Positions 23,256 through 35,995 of a stretch of 64,000 nt of DNA are shown here, piece by piece. Every line of letters begins with the position of its first letter. The first letter of the stretch is position 1. Origin of the DNA: Lama guanicoe (taxonomy: Eukaryota); assembly GCA_013239625.1 (NCBI GenBank), contig MU054117.1:3834677-3898676 (forward strand). The letters are read 5' to 3'. A model generated the notes under the pieces. That model was not told the origin of the DNA and made no database searches. It saw only the letters and a program-made list of their open reading frames with translations. The position numbers were made by a program, and so were the translations under genes.

Positions 23256-25442
23256 CTCACAGGCAGGTATGTACTAACGGGCCTGTTTTGTCCCTCTCAG
23301 CCTCACTCCTCAAGGGGCTGCAGACAGGCCAGGGGTCTGAGTCTAAAACTCCAGGAGAAAAAAACCCAACAACTTCAGTTTGGGTCAGACTTTGGCTCAG
23401 GACCAGAGCTTTGGCTGGATGCTCTTGGGGCAGAAACCAAGCACAGGCTGGCTGCTGTAGGTAACTGAGAGCAGGTAGCCTGGGTGGAAAGGGTGCGGAG
23501 CAGGGCAGGAAGCATGCACACAACCTGGCTGGTGGGTCCTGAGTCCATGGCCATGCGGTCCAGGTGGTGAAGGAGGGAAGGCGGGGCGGGGGGAGGAAGG
23601 AGAGGCAGGAAGCGCCCCATTGCACGCGGCCAGCAGGTGGAAAGGCTGGTATCTGAACAGAGATCCTAGGAACACGCGTCCCTCGTTCTTTCCACTCTGT
23701 CACGTGGCCTGAGGAGATAAATGAAACTGAAGGGGTACTTTGAGGGGAAAAGCCATGGGAGCTGGCGATCAGTCTTGGGAGATGAGCAGGGAGCAGCTTC
23801 AAAGCCGACCCTCCGAGCGGACGCAGGAGGAGATGGGGAGGACGCAAGACGGAGCACCAGACGGGCCAACGGCAACTCTGGCAGAGCCCGGACCTGGCGC
23901 AGGGATCTTCGTTCAGGGCGTTTCCCACTGGCAGTCCGGGAGGAAGGAGGCAATTGATGGTGACTGATGATGCCAGGAAGAGAGCGAGCGGTAGCTGTCA
24001 GGCTGCCAGGCCCCTGCCGGGAGGTAAAGCTGTCAGGTAGAGGGGCAGACTGGCTCTCTTTCAGAGGGTTTGTAATCCCCCCTCACTGCCCCAGGGGTCC
24101 TGTCCTCCTCTCTCCGGGCCAGAGGCCCTCTTGACTGTCCTTTGTTCTTGGCTAACTTCCATCCATCCTCTCCCTGCTCACCAGAGCCACTTCCGTGCCC
24201 CTGTTCCCAGCCTGGCATTTCAGGAGCTGAGCCAGTGTGTGTGGGGTTGGCTGAGGATGCAGACCTCTCCTCACCTCCTCCTCGGGGCGGCCACCCTGTT
24301 CCTGGCCCATCCTCATCACGGGTGGAACAGTGTGCTCCTGGGACCGGAGAGAGCAGCCTGCCCCCCCTGATGTGAAGGATGGAGCTGCTGCTCGGGCCAG
24401 AGGGTCGGTTAGGACTTGTCATCAACAGATTTCTAAAGGGCCCTCAGGCCTCCGAACAGTCACTTAGTGGTTGAGTCATCAAATCATAATTTCTCCCATC
24501 AGAAGGGCCGGCTTCTTCCTCACTCGGCCATCCCCTTCCAAGTCAGTGGAACATCCCTGGGCCAGGCTCTTGCTCCTCCTTCCTTCAACTGTGGACTCTG
24601 GAGACTAGTGTGGGGGCCTCACCCACGCTCAGATTCACAAACCAGCGCCAGTGTGCAGTCCTGGACGCCGCCTGTGCCCGCCACGCCGCCCCCGACTGTC
24701 AGCGTGCACCAGCCACCAGGACGGCCGCCGGCTTCCTGCGGTGAAAACAAACGGCCTGCGGTCAGCTGCACGCGACTTGCGTCCAGCCCCACGGCTCTCC
24801 GGCCCCTCCAGGCCACGGAAGCACCCGGGAGGCTTCCCATCGAGGTTCCGAAGCTCGCTGACCACAGAGGCAGTGGGCACTTCTCGTCTTGAGTGCTGTG
24901 CCCTCTTCGGAGGCCTGTCCTTGGGGCCCTAGTGCTGCTCCCGTGGCTGGAGCTGGAAAGTTCGTAAAGCATACCGCCCTTCCCAGCCTGCCTCCCGGGC
25001 GGCTCAGAACTCCCTCGCCTCTGGGAGGGACACATCCTGAATTGTCACCTGCACGCCAGAGATTTCCGTGGGTCACACTGAGGCTGGGGCTCCAGCCACA
25101 ACTGTAGCCTCGCTTGCCTTTCCCCCTTCCATCCTGCTCGGCCCACTCCCTCCTCGGCGTCTCCTGGGAGCGCTTCCTTGGAGCGCTAGCACGCGGCTCC
25201 TCCACTCAGAGTCCACTTCTGCGGAAGGAACCTGTGCAGAGAGCAGCCTCCTTGCTGGCCTCTGAGGACGCAGCCTCTGCAGGAGGCTCGGCGTGTGGCA
25301 GGGGATATACGCCCACATAGCAAAGTGTGATGCGCGCTGGGATGCAGGTGCCCCCGGAGTGCAAGTGCCCCCTCGAGCGCCCAGTCTGTCCCAGTGTAGT
25401 CTCAGACACTGCATCAGGAGGCTGTGGGGTCAGAAAAGCCCG

Positions 25443-25570
25443 CAGTTGAATTCTGCCTTTGCCTCTTACAAGCTGGGTGTTCTTAGGCAAACTTGGTCTC
25501 TCTGAGCCTCAGTTTCCTCGTCTGGTAAGATGGACATCATACCTCGCTCACGGAATTGTTGTGAGGATGA
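25443..25570 (+). mobile_element. MIR SINE
   Basis: 'agctgggtgttcttaggcaaactt..tctctctgagcctcagtttcctcgtctggtaagatgg...ttgttgtgaggat'. Confidence 0.85.
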
Positions 25571-26162
25571 CCTCCCCAAGCGCATCATTGACACATGATG
25601 ATGGGAACTGCTTTTAGTGGGTAGCGTGTGCCTTCAGTGTGATTTGAACGTGTCACTATAACGTCACATGGGTCACTGATGTGTTCCTGCAGCCCCCCCC
25701 CCCAACATACAGGCTTGCAAGCCTGGTGTGGCTCCACCAGTTCTCAGGACTAGGAAATTACCAAGGCTGACCACGGAAAGGGTCCTCTTTCTCGCCTGTT
25801 TACCCCTTGCTTCAGAGTGTCGGAGTCAGCCCGTGTTTCCCCCAGGCTCCCCTGGAAGCCGCGCTCTGCCGTTGCTGTTCCTGATTGAGTTTTCTTCTTC
25901 AGTTGAAATTTTTTCCCCATGAAAGAAAAACATTCCGGAGCTCCCCCATATCTTTGCTGCCTCAGGCTCATGAAAAGCTAAATCCGGTCTTGGCTCTCCA
26001 AAAGAGAATCTATCCCAGCCTGCCCCCAAAGAAGTTGCTGTCATAATTACATCTCCTTTTGGAAGTAATTTGATTTAATCACATTAAAGCTAGATTGTGC
26101 CGTTTCCTTGGCCAAAGCTGGCTCCAAATTGGCTTTGCTATTTCCTTCCTGGTCCATAGATT

Positions 26163-26214
26163 CCTCTCTCTCTCTCTCTCTGTTTTTGTTTTTGTTTTTG
26201 TTTTTTTTTTTTTT
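26163..26214. repeat. (CT)n plus (TTTTTG)n/poly-T low-complexity tract
   Basis: Directly visible. Confidence 0.9.
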
Positions 26215-29200
26215 GGTAGTATTTGCAAAGAAAATATCTAGCCATTTTAAAGGAAGGTCCAATGGAATGCCACAGGGTGGCACTGATACCTTCTGCTAGA
26301 AAAGCAGGTGGCAGAGTGAGGTCTCACCTGTCATCCCCACGGGAGCCATGTGTCCTAGCAGCCCTAGGGGCTCCTGGAATGGCCAGAGCTGGCCTCGGCT
26401 ACTGCTCCTCAACCAATGGGACAAGGAGCATCTAGGTAAGCATTTCTGGCCTCCTTCCGCTCTCTCCTTCTAGTTCTCCTGCCCTCTTTCCTAGGGAGCG
26501 CCTCCTAGGCCACCAGGAGAGGATCCGTGGTGTACCGGTTACCCACGTGTGCCGTTTACTAGCCAGCCGTCTGCGTTGGGTGTCAGCATGGCTAAGATGC
26601 TCTCTGGTCCTGAGCATCACGCCAGCAAAATATGAGGCACAGGGAGAGAGGCAATGTGGCCTCTGTCAGCTGGTGACGATGTGGTGCTGCAGGAACTTAA
26701 AGGAAGACTATGAGCTGGGGTTGGGAGAAGGCTCCCCCGAGAAGGTGGACTGAGTTCTGGCCTTGAGAGAAGGGAGAGGAGGCAAAGCGTTCGAGGCACG
26801 GCAAGCAGAGACGCCCTCCTGTCGTCCTTCCCAGGAAGAGAGGCGAGCGCTGAGGTTGGAGGAGGAGGACGGGTTAGGTACAGAGGGCTCTGACAGCCGG
26901 TGGAGGGCTGAGCCTGGCTGTGACTTGGAAGTCCATTTGGGAAGAAAGCCAGGGTTTTATTAATCAAGAAGAGTTTTGGCCATGGCTTTCCTGCATTCTC
27001 ACACGCTCTTACCAGTGGAACGGAAACGCGAGTGGAAACGAGCCTGGACGGTAAGATGGCAGCTCACATCTGGGAGTGGCTAGGACCTGCCTGCAGAACC
27101 ACTGGGGATTCTTGAGCAGGGAGGAGCCAGGTCGAGTGTTTAAACTGGCAACAACATGCAGAATGGCGGAGATTTCATTATTCTGGCTGACATGCTCTGA
27201 AATGTCCCAACAGGTCTTGCTATGCCTGAAATCCTCCGTGGGTGTGCGCAACAAGTCCCCCTTGGACCCTCCACTGCATCCTGTCAGATGAGACCTTGTA
27301 CCCTTGCTGAGAATAGGCATCAACAGGGCAGGGCTTGTACCACCCTCCTCCTTTCTCCTCCCCCATCCACCCCCTGGTCCAGAGAGCTGACTCTGCTTTT
27401 TTTTTTTTTTTAAGCAATAGACAACCTCCGCCATTGAGACATCCTTTTTCACGTCCATCTTTAATTAACTGACTCATTAATAGAGATTTATTGAAAGTCC
27501 ACGGTGGATAGGGCAGTCTCCCCGTGTCCTGTGCTTCGCAGGCTGCAGAAAGCTGCTTCCTCCTCAGGATGGAGGGCAGTTCCTTGGTCACCCATGGCCA
27601 CAGTCCAGCCCCGCCCTGCGAGGAAGGCGTGGGAGGGAACTGCCCAGGTGGGGCCCTGGAGGGGTTTGGAAGCGGTTATTAATGGAGGACAGCAGCATGC
27701 CTGTGTGGAAGGGGAGCGGTGTGTACTGAGGCTGCCAATATGGAAAGTGCCTGTTAACAGCATCCGTGACGCATCATATCTCACTCACTGACACGCGGGA
27801 CCCGGGGCTTCTGGGAGAACGCAGCCGGCATGCTGATGATGCTAATGATGCCAGACGCCTCCTGCCTGGCCTTGTGTGTCCACCTCTCCTGGCTGCTTGC
27901 TGGTGTGACACTGCAAAGATCACAGCCCCCATGGGGTTCACCCATCCCGAAGCTCTGGAAGAGAACATGGGATCTGGAGAAAAACCATCCTGTGTCTGGA
28001 GCCCCGCTTCTCCTACCGCCGACTGCCAAGGCCGGGGATGACAGTCCAGCGAGGATGTCCATGAGGGAGTTGTGCACATCTCCAAGAGTTCCGAGCTGGG
28101 GAATGGGGGGAAATTGCTCTGAAGATACTCACCTCCCTCAGATCGCACAAAGCATCCAGTTTAGACAGAGTGAGACTGAAGAGAACGCAGACCCAGTCAG
28201 GGCTCAGGGGACAAGCAGCTGGAAGCTTATTTGGAAAACGCTAAAGACAGCCTTCTCAGTGCCCAGAGACGAGACCTCAGGGAGGGTAAGCTGGTACAGA
28301 CTCTCTCCTTCCAGCCCCCATCCTTTTCCAGCCACTGCTCTGGAAAACCCTGCCTCTGATGAATGGGATTTCTGGGTTCCTAAAGAGGTGGATGCTAAGG
28401 GCTGAGTCTAGATCAGAAGCTTCATGGATGCAACGGGCTGGGACTCAGATGCAAGGATGTCCTGCAGGTGGATAAGGTGACGGCCCATGAAGGTATCTTG
28501 TGAACAAACGAATAAAGGAACGAGTGGACGTTCAGTGTGTGCCTGTGACTTGCTGGACGTGGCGGTGTTGCTCTGAGCTTGATGCGCTTCTCTGTCTCCA
28601 TCCCGACAGCCGCGGTGGGAAGTCGGGGCTGTCGTGGCCATTTCTCAAAGGAGGAGGTCGGGGTCCGGAGAGTTGAGATGACGCACCCAGCATGTCAGCG
28701 GCCACCCTTCTAGAGCCTCTCTCTTCACTCTCCCCTCTCTGCTGTGCTCTCGGAGAGATCTTCTGGACCCTGTTTCCGCAAAGGTACCGCCCAGCTTTGT
28801 GCGTCCACCTGGAGGCCAGCGCCTTCCGTGTTTTTCCCTAGCTGGTGTAAGCGACTTCGCGCGAGTGACTTGGTCCCACGTATTCCAGCGGGCAGTTGGG
28901 GCAGAAGCAGGAGAGGGCGTGGCCCCTCGGTGGGGTCTCAAGGCAGAAGATGTTGAGAAAAGAGAAACAGGGCACCGTGGACCAAGTCTGCGCCCTCCGG
29001 TCCAGGGCTTCTGTGCCCACCCTTCCCCTCGCTCCGGTTTTTGCGCTGACTTGGAGAGTATCATTTTTGTGGGCTGTGGTGAGCGCGGTTCTCCTGGGAG
29101 GTCAGACGCTCCTTAGAGGCAGGGCAGCGTGGTGATGAGAACTCCCCAGACCGGTGGCCCGGGGTGTCTCCCTCATCCCCGGCCCTTGCCGTGTTCCCAG

Positions 29201-31239
29201 GCCCTGCCTGGTTGTCGTGTGTGGATGGATGTAGGCCGGGCGACTGGAGCTGTTTCTGCTCTCGGCTCCCGGGAAACGGCTGGGGCAGGGCTTTGGGTCA
29301 ACCGCTCAGGGGCTCAGATCTTGCCTCCAGCCCCCAGCGGGACAACGCCTGCTGACATGGAGAAGGACTCACGAGCCATCCTGACCTTCCCTTTCAAGCC
29401 GCGGCTAAGCCCAAGAGGAGGGAGTCAACTCCTCGGGTCAGCGGTGACGCTGCCACCCTGGCGCAGGGTTAAGAACCGGCTGCCGGCACCCAGCTGCTGG
29501 GGACAAGTGGCAGCGCGCCTCTGGGGAGAGTGGCCCTCCCCGCGCCGGGCAGATGCTTTGTTGCAACTCTTAATCATTTCCGTAGAAAAAACACACACAC
29601 TTTCCAGCCAGGAGAAGGCCATAGCCTTCCTCCCTTACGGTTTGGTTAGGGCCGGGGGTCGTGCTGTTTGAACGGTGTGGGCTCCTGTCCAGGCAAGAAT
29701 CCATTAAAAGAAAGGAAGGGAGAATCATTTCAGTGAAGCAGGCTTTTCAGCCCCAAATGTCTGGGGAGACACAGAAACAGGGTGGGACGGTCCCGCTGCG
29801 GGGGCCCTCGTGGCCTGGCAGGTCTTCGGAGGACGCAGGCAGCCCTGCCACGTCACAGCTACAGGGACTGTCCGGGCTGCGCCGCAACTCCTGATAACTT
29901 CCAGGGCAGGGAGAACCCTGGGCTAGAGCCTGCAATGCCTCCTCGACTCCGCCTGTAACGTCCTCCTGTCTCTGAGCCTCAGTTTCCTCGTCTGTACCAG
30001 GGAAGCAGGGAGCCGCGCCCAGCTCTCTCCTGGGCTGTTTGGGGAAGTCACTGGGGGCTGGAATTGTGTCCATGGCAGAAAGCTGCAGACCAGCCCAACT
30101 GCCCGTGACCAACACTGTCATTCTGCCCAGGGAGGCCGCACTGTCTGCAGCCCTGGGCACAGACGCCAGGCGTGGCCACACTCAGGCCACTGGTCTGGCC
30201 GTCCTGCTCCCCGGGTTGCCCCCTCCCCTCTGCCCCAGGCTTTCTTGTTGTCACCTCTGCCCGCAGTGGCCTGTCCTCCCGGCCCCCAGACCAGGCCCCC
30301 CTCCCCTCTGCCTTCCCTCAGGTCCCGTCTCAGATCCAAGCTCCCGCAGAGCTTCTAGCAGGATGTGACCCCCAGCTCTGACCCACTGTGTCTCCCTGCT
30401 CCCGGGGACGTTGTTAACGGCTGTGGTGAGTGGGGGCTCGTCATCTCGAGGGCCGTGAGCACAGTCGGGGCCATGCCTGCTGCGGGCCTTTTGTCCCCAG
30501 GGCTTGGTGCTGGGCCAGCCCCGGACTCAGTGTTTGGGGAATGGGTGAGCAGCCAGGGCGGGGGGCGGGGGCAGATGTAAGCGCGGTGGTTCTGAAGCTC
30601 ACACACGTTTTGCAGGATCTTCGAGGAAAAGAACCCAACGTTTTGAGCACAGAGTGCGACGCAGGGCCGGGGAGAGGCCTGGGGGGCGAGGGGTGTTTGT
30701 GCAGATGCTTCCCCAGATCCAGGGTCATGTCCGCTCTGTGGGTGGGGCGGGGGTCCCTGGGTGAGGTGCTTTTCACAGCCTGGCCTCCCAGCCCGCCCCT
30801 CAACAGCCCAGAGGGAGCACCGGGGGGGCTCTCAGAGGCTGGCAAGCGGGCACGGAGGGAGGACAAGGGAGGCCAGAACACAGAGGCAGAGCCCCCGAGG
30901 GAGACCCCTGCCCCTCTCCACGGAGTCCTCCATCTCTCTGCCCCCACTACCCTGACTGTTTGAGTGTCTTTATCAAAGATTCTAAGTGCCACCTCCGTTT
31001 GGCAAGTTTCCCCCACCACCGACCCTCTGCAGCCCCTTCCCCTGCCTCCCCTCCTCCCTCCCTCTCCGCTTCCAAAATCAATTTTCAGCAAGAGCAGCAG
31101 GTTCCGAGCCATCTGGGGTTGCTGGCAGCCTCTGCAGGCTGTAAGCAGCTCAGTCTGTCTCCCTTAAAGCAGCCCCTCAGTTTCTCTGCCATCCCCAGCC
31201 TGGTCTTCCCCCCTCGAGGGGGGAGGAGGAGGAGGAGGA

Positions 31240-31720
31240 GGAAGGTGGGTTCCGGACCCTCGCGCTCTTCTCCGGAGGGGGTCTCGGATCCATCCCTGCG
31301 ACGTGCCCCACTACGTGGGGTTTCAGAGTCGGAGCCACGCTGGCCCGGCCGCCAGACAGAAGCCACGGCCGCCTCCCCACCTGCGGGGAGGGACGGATGC
31401 GTTAATTGGCAGGAAGAGCACTGAGCGGAGCAGGTGGCGCCGCGCCAGGGTCGCGGAGGTGCGCTCTCCCTCACCTCAGCTGCGACGCTGGGCGCTCTGT
31501 TTGCGGGGGAGGAGGAGAGCGGAGACCTGAGCTCCCCTCTGCTTTGTGGACTGCCTCCTCCGTCCACAGCCCCCAGGGTGGGCTGCTCTGCAGAGCAGGG
31601 AGCAGCGTGGGGATGTTTTGGGCGTATGTCTGCTTTGGAGATGGAGACCAGCCCAGGACAGTTCCTCAAGTTCGGGCCCCCAGCCGCTCCTCGCCCATAC
31701 CCGCAGCGCCCACGCACCCA
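31240..31720. promoter_or_regulatory. CpG island-like element, candidate promoter/enhancer
   Basis: About 29 CpGs hand-counted in 31241-31520, unique sequence, (GGA)n tract just left of it, minus-strand donor GAG|GTGAGG at 31475/31474. Confidence 0.55.
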
Positions 31721-33688
31721 CGTTTTCACCTTTGACCTGCTTTCCCAGCTGTTTCCTAGCCTTCCGGTTAGAAGAGAGCAGTTTTGCATGACTTCTTGCA
31801 TGCAGACGCCACCGCATGTCCCTCCATCCCCGCCCAGCACCTCCCGTGTGGTTCTCTAGCCCCCATGTCCTTAGTCAGCCTGCCAGGCACAGCCCATTTC
31901 CCACGGGCCGCAACACAGAAAGCACCCGCAAGACTCACATGATCCCAAGGAAACAGAGGTAAAGGAACCTTAGGTAGATAGTATTTGCTTCTGGAACCTT
32001 CCCTGAGGAACTGGAGGAGCTGAGCCCTGAACCCAGATCTCCTGACCCATGGGCTGACGTTCTCCGCGTTCTGGGGCTGCCAGGAACTTGCTCCCGAGAG
32101 AACCTGGATGGAGCAGCCGTGCGGTGGACGAGCCCCAGAACAGGAGGCAGAGCGAGGCCGGCGCCCTGGCCTCCTGCCTCCGCTCTGCGACCTTGGGCGA
32201 CCACACGCCCTTGAGCCCTGACAGCCTCCGCTGTGCAGCAAGGACTGGTCTTGACGGTTGAGTTGTCTGCACGGAGCAGAGCACCGGCCCCAACACGGGC
32301 GCTCCGTGAATGCCTGCTGACTGAGCCTCTCTGGGCGCGACCCCCAGCACCTACCGCATAGCAGGCGTTCAGTACACGGGCGCTGCCGCAGGTTAGTTTT
32401 CACGTGGCTGCGGAAAACCAGTGGCATGCATTTGCAGTGGTGACATATTTTACGAAGCACCATCAGGTACTTCAGGTGGCACAGAGGGACAGAGTCGAGG
32501 GCGAGGTCAGAATAGCCACACGGGGGCTGCGGGGGGGTCGGGGGCGGCTTGCTGGTTCTCGTCTCACTCCCTTTGCCCTCCGCTCTCCATCCTTGTGCAC
32601 GTCTTTGCATTGGACACTGAGCGGAGGGTGCAGGATCTTCCCCCTGTGGCCCTGCGTCCAGGATGCTTGTAATCTGGCATGGGGTGGGAATTCCCTTTTA
32701 TGGGAATAGTTCTCACTCTGAGGACTCTCTGAGACTCTCTGAGCAATGCTGCAGAGGGATAGCTGAGTGAGTGACCTCTGGATGCCCCTCAGCTCGCCAG
32801 GACAATCCTGACATTCCTGCAGTGCCAGGTGGGCTGGTTTAGGAATCAATACCAGTGACAGCCAAATTCCTAGGGGGGCTGAAAGGACATTCACAGAGGT
32901 CAGCCCAGGGAAGCTCCGTGGTCTTTCAGGAAGGTCTTTGAGGGACGCAGCAGCCCCCTGAGGGAGGGAAGGAGAGAAGGTGGACCCCCCAGGTCCAGGT
33001 TCAGGGGCAGTGAGGGCAGATGGCCTGGCCGCCCCCTCCCCCTCCATCAAGGCCAGAGGACTTCTCTGCCCTGTAACTTCCGGGGGAAACATTAATCAAA
33101 TTTCCATTCCTTTCCCCCCCCCACAGATGATTACCACATTTGTGTCTTGTAACACATGTTTTCAAGATGCTTTTAAAGTATTTGTTTGTCTTCTAATTTT
33201 CCCCAGAGCTCGTGGTTTATGTACTCACACTGCTGGCCTCACCCATAAAATGCTGGGGACTCAGGCAGGAGGGAGGGCAGAGTGGGTCAGAATGGTGGGC
33301 GACGGAGAGTGGAGAGTGAGGAGCAGAAAATCAAGGTCCAGCGTTCCGTTGGTCCTGACCCAGCAGGGTGTCTCCACTTCAAGAGCCTTATTTAGGTGCA
33401 AATACTAGCCTTCCCTTGGAATTGTGGAGCACACTTTGTGTTCCCAGAGCACTCTGACCGACAGAATGGTGTTTGCCTTTTAGCAAAACTTCTCTGTACA
33501 CTAGACAAGGTTAGGTACTAGCATCCTTATTTACCAGGAGGGGGAACTGCGAAAGACGGCGGTTGTGTGATTAGCCGGAGGTCGTCCAGCAAGGCAGTGT
33601 GGGAGCAGGGGCAAGAGCCTTGTCTTCAAGCCTTTTTTCCTTCTTGATTTTTGCCATATAATCTTTCCCGCAGTACTACCACTCTCTC

Positions 33689-33742
33689 CACACACACAGA
33701 CACACAGACACACAGACAGATACACACACACACACACACACA
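33689..33742. repeat. Interrupted (CA)n microsatellite
   Basis: cacacacaga/cacaga units then a pure CA run. Confidence 0.95.
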
Positions 33743-35242
33743 GATTTTCTTTAGAAAATTCCGCCAGGCCAGGAATTGCCTTTGCAATTCTTTGCTCTAT
33801 TTGGATCATGTTTACCTCCACACACGTCATAAAATAAAAATGAAAACAGGCAGCTTTTTTTGAGTGTTTACAAATGTTATAACTAATACCCACAGTATTC
33901 CCACAAGGCAGGCCGCACGGAAGCTCCCTGGGGCTGAAACAACCAGTTCAAGGTCATACAGTGTGTATGTGGGAGAACAGGAATCCATGGCCAACCTCTC
34001 TGACCCCAAATGCCACAGGGCACGGCCTCTGGGAGATGACAGGCCCTGTGCTCCCGCAGCGCCTGGCATCATCTGGGGGTTTGCAAGTCTCAGCCTCACG
34101 AGGTTGCACAAGCTCCCATTCCCTTCCCTGGTCCTGGTCCCACAGTGGATGGTGGGCCTGGAACCCTCTTACACTTTAATTCCATCTTGCCTGTCCTGAG
34201 GACCAAGTGGCTTTGGTAAAGGTGCCCAGAAGGATGAAGTTAGGCCAGCTCAGCTCTTGGCTTCAGCAGGCAGAGTATGAGGGTAAAGAGGGTCTCCTGG
34301 TCACGGCCATTGCGTGTCCAAGGGCCGGCTCTGCCAGGCCAGGAAGGCCGTAAGCAGGAGGTCTTGTCAGATGCGGTCTGACCACCAGGGTGGAGTGTAA
34401 GAAGAGCAACCGTGCTGGGCTTCCGTCACCGCCTGGCCTTAGGCAGCCCGTCCCCAGGCCTGCAGGACACTTGCTGATGTCTTCAAGGCCTTGGGACATG
34501 GTTGACACACCTTCCTGGGGCAAATGGGGGGAACAAAGTACAGATTTCTTCAGCCAAGAATTCTTCAGCCAAACTGCCGAATTCCCCTTTAGAAGAAGTG
34601 CGGTGCGGAGCAGGGAGCAGGTCCACTGATTCAGGGAGAAGAGAACAGACACTAACACAGGAGAAGGCTGCCGCGCCCAGGAAAGCTGCTGCTGTAGACA
34701 ACACCGACCCCTGCGCCCACTGAAACAGAAGAAAAGCCATCTTGTCCACATGAGCTGAGCGATGCTGGTGGTCCCCAAAGGAACTGAGAACGGCGATCAC
34801 TTAGGAAGGGCTTGACCCTGCATCCACCGTGTGGATTACCCTTCCACACCCTGAACAACGAAACAGGACTTCAGTTCAGAGGTTAGCAAACTCCAGTCTT
34901 GGAGCGCATGCATCCCATTCTCAGGTCACGTTTAGCTGCTTTCAGGATTTTATACATTAACCTTACTTCCCTGGATTGTTAGTCTGTTTCTTTAGATCGG
35001 AGGCAATCTCTCAAATTTCTCTTGTGGCTCTCATCTCACTAGCAGAGCACAGGTCTTATACACAGAGGCAGCTTCCCTGGAGGAATCTGAGTGTCAGAAA
35101 TGAAATGATAGCAGTGACACCCCCTCATGCCTTCTCTTCTCTAGGTCTTTGTTCATCCGCTGCAAGATGGAGATGTCTCTCAAAGCTCCCCCTGGCTCTA
35201 AGCAGTTAGCTTCTTGGGAGACAAAAACCACATGGCATCAGG

Positions 35243-35387
35243 GAAAGAACCCTGGACTTGGGGGTGGGACGTTCGGACTCTTGTGGTGTCGCTCACTGGT
35301 AAGTTTCTCCACCCTTCAGCTTCCCCTGCAGCAGGGAGATGGTCAAGCAGGCCTTCTTTCCTTCAGGGGGTGGTTGTGAGACATTCA
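35243..35387 (+). mobile_element. MIR SINE (degenerate)
   Basis: 'gaaagaaccctggacttggg', 'ggtaagtttctccacccttcagcttcccc', 'ggtggttgtgaga'. Confidence 0.55.
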
Positions 35388-35792
35388 GGCACGCGGGATG
35401 AAAAGGCAACTTTGTACATCACAGAACGGCGCTCACAGGGAAGCGGCCTCCGGAAGCGGGATGAAGCAGTTGAATGGAGTCTATGCACAGAGGATCCCAC
35501 ACCGTTAAGGGGTTGCACTGAACAAACACAAAGGTGGTGGGTTCAGATGGTGTGGCGTGGGAACAGGCACGGGAAGAGCAAGAAGCGTCTTCTGTGTAAA
35601 CAATGCGGGCTTTAGACGTCTTGGCTGTTCATTACACAAAGAGACCAAGAGACTCGTGGGCCCATCTGCTACATCGCAGGGGATTCCATACGGCTGAAAT
35701 CTGACTCTAGATCTTGGAGAGCGGGTTAAGTGGGTGCCGCCAGGCGGGAGCTCTGTGCGTGCAACAATAGGAAGGTGCATTTGGATCCTTCG

Positions 35793-35995
35793 TAACCATT
35801 TGCCAAGCACTTACCCATACGTTACCCGGTTTAATCCTTATACCCGTGTGAAGTGGGTATCAGGTTCTCATTTCTCAAGTGAAGAAACTGAGACTCAGGG
35901 AGGTTAAGTGATTTCCTCAAAGTCACACAATGAATAAACAACAGCCCCCACCCCCAAATTCAGGTTTTCCAACCCCAAATTCTTTGCTTCTTCCA
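35793..35995 (-). mobile_element. MIR SINE
   Basis: 'gtgaagaaactgagactcagggaggttaagtgatttcctcaaagtcacaca'. Confidence 0.85.

Noticed and set aside
22675..23277. 200-aa ORF as a domesticated Tigger/CENP-B gene
   Set aside because: Only a short N-terminal stretch resembles transposase; the rest runs through GC-rich and L2-like sequence with no DDE domain, and it starts at GTG.
28800..31445. Further CTCF-like motifs at ~28801, ~29448 and ~31427
   Set aside because: Each mismatches highly constrained core positions; not supportable without a PWM scan.
31768..33092. Long ORFs of 280 and 206 aa (and similar 150-220 aa ORFs elsewhere)
   Set aside because: Low-complexity P/G/R/S-rich translations, overlapping in several frames, with no recognisable domain; expected by chance in GC-rich DNA.
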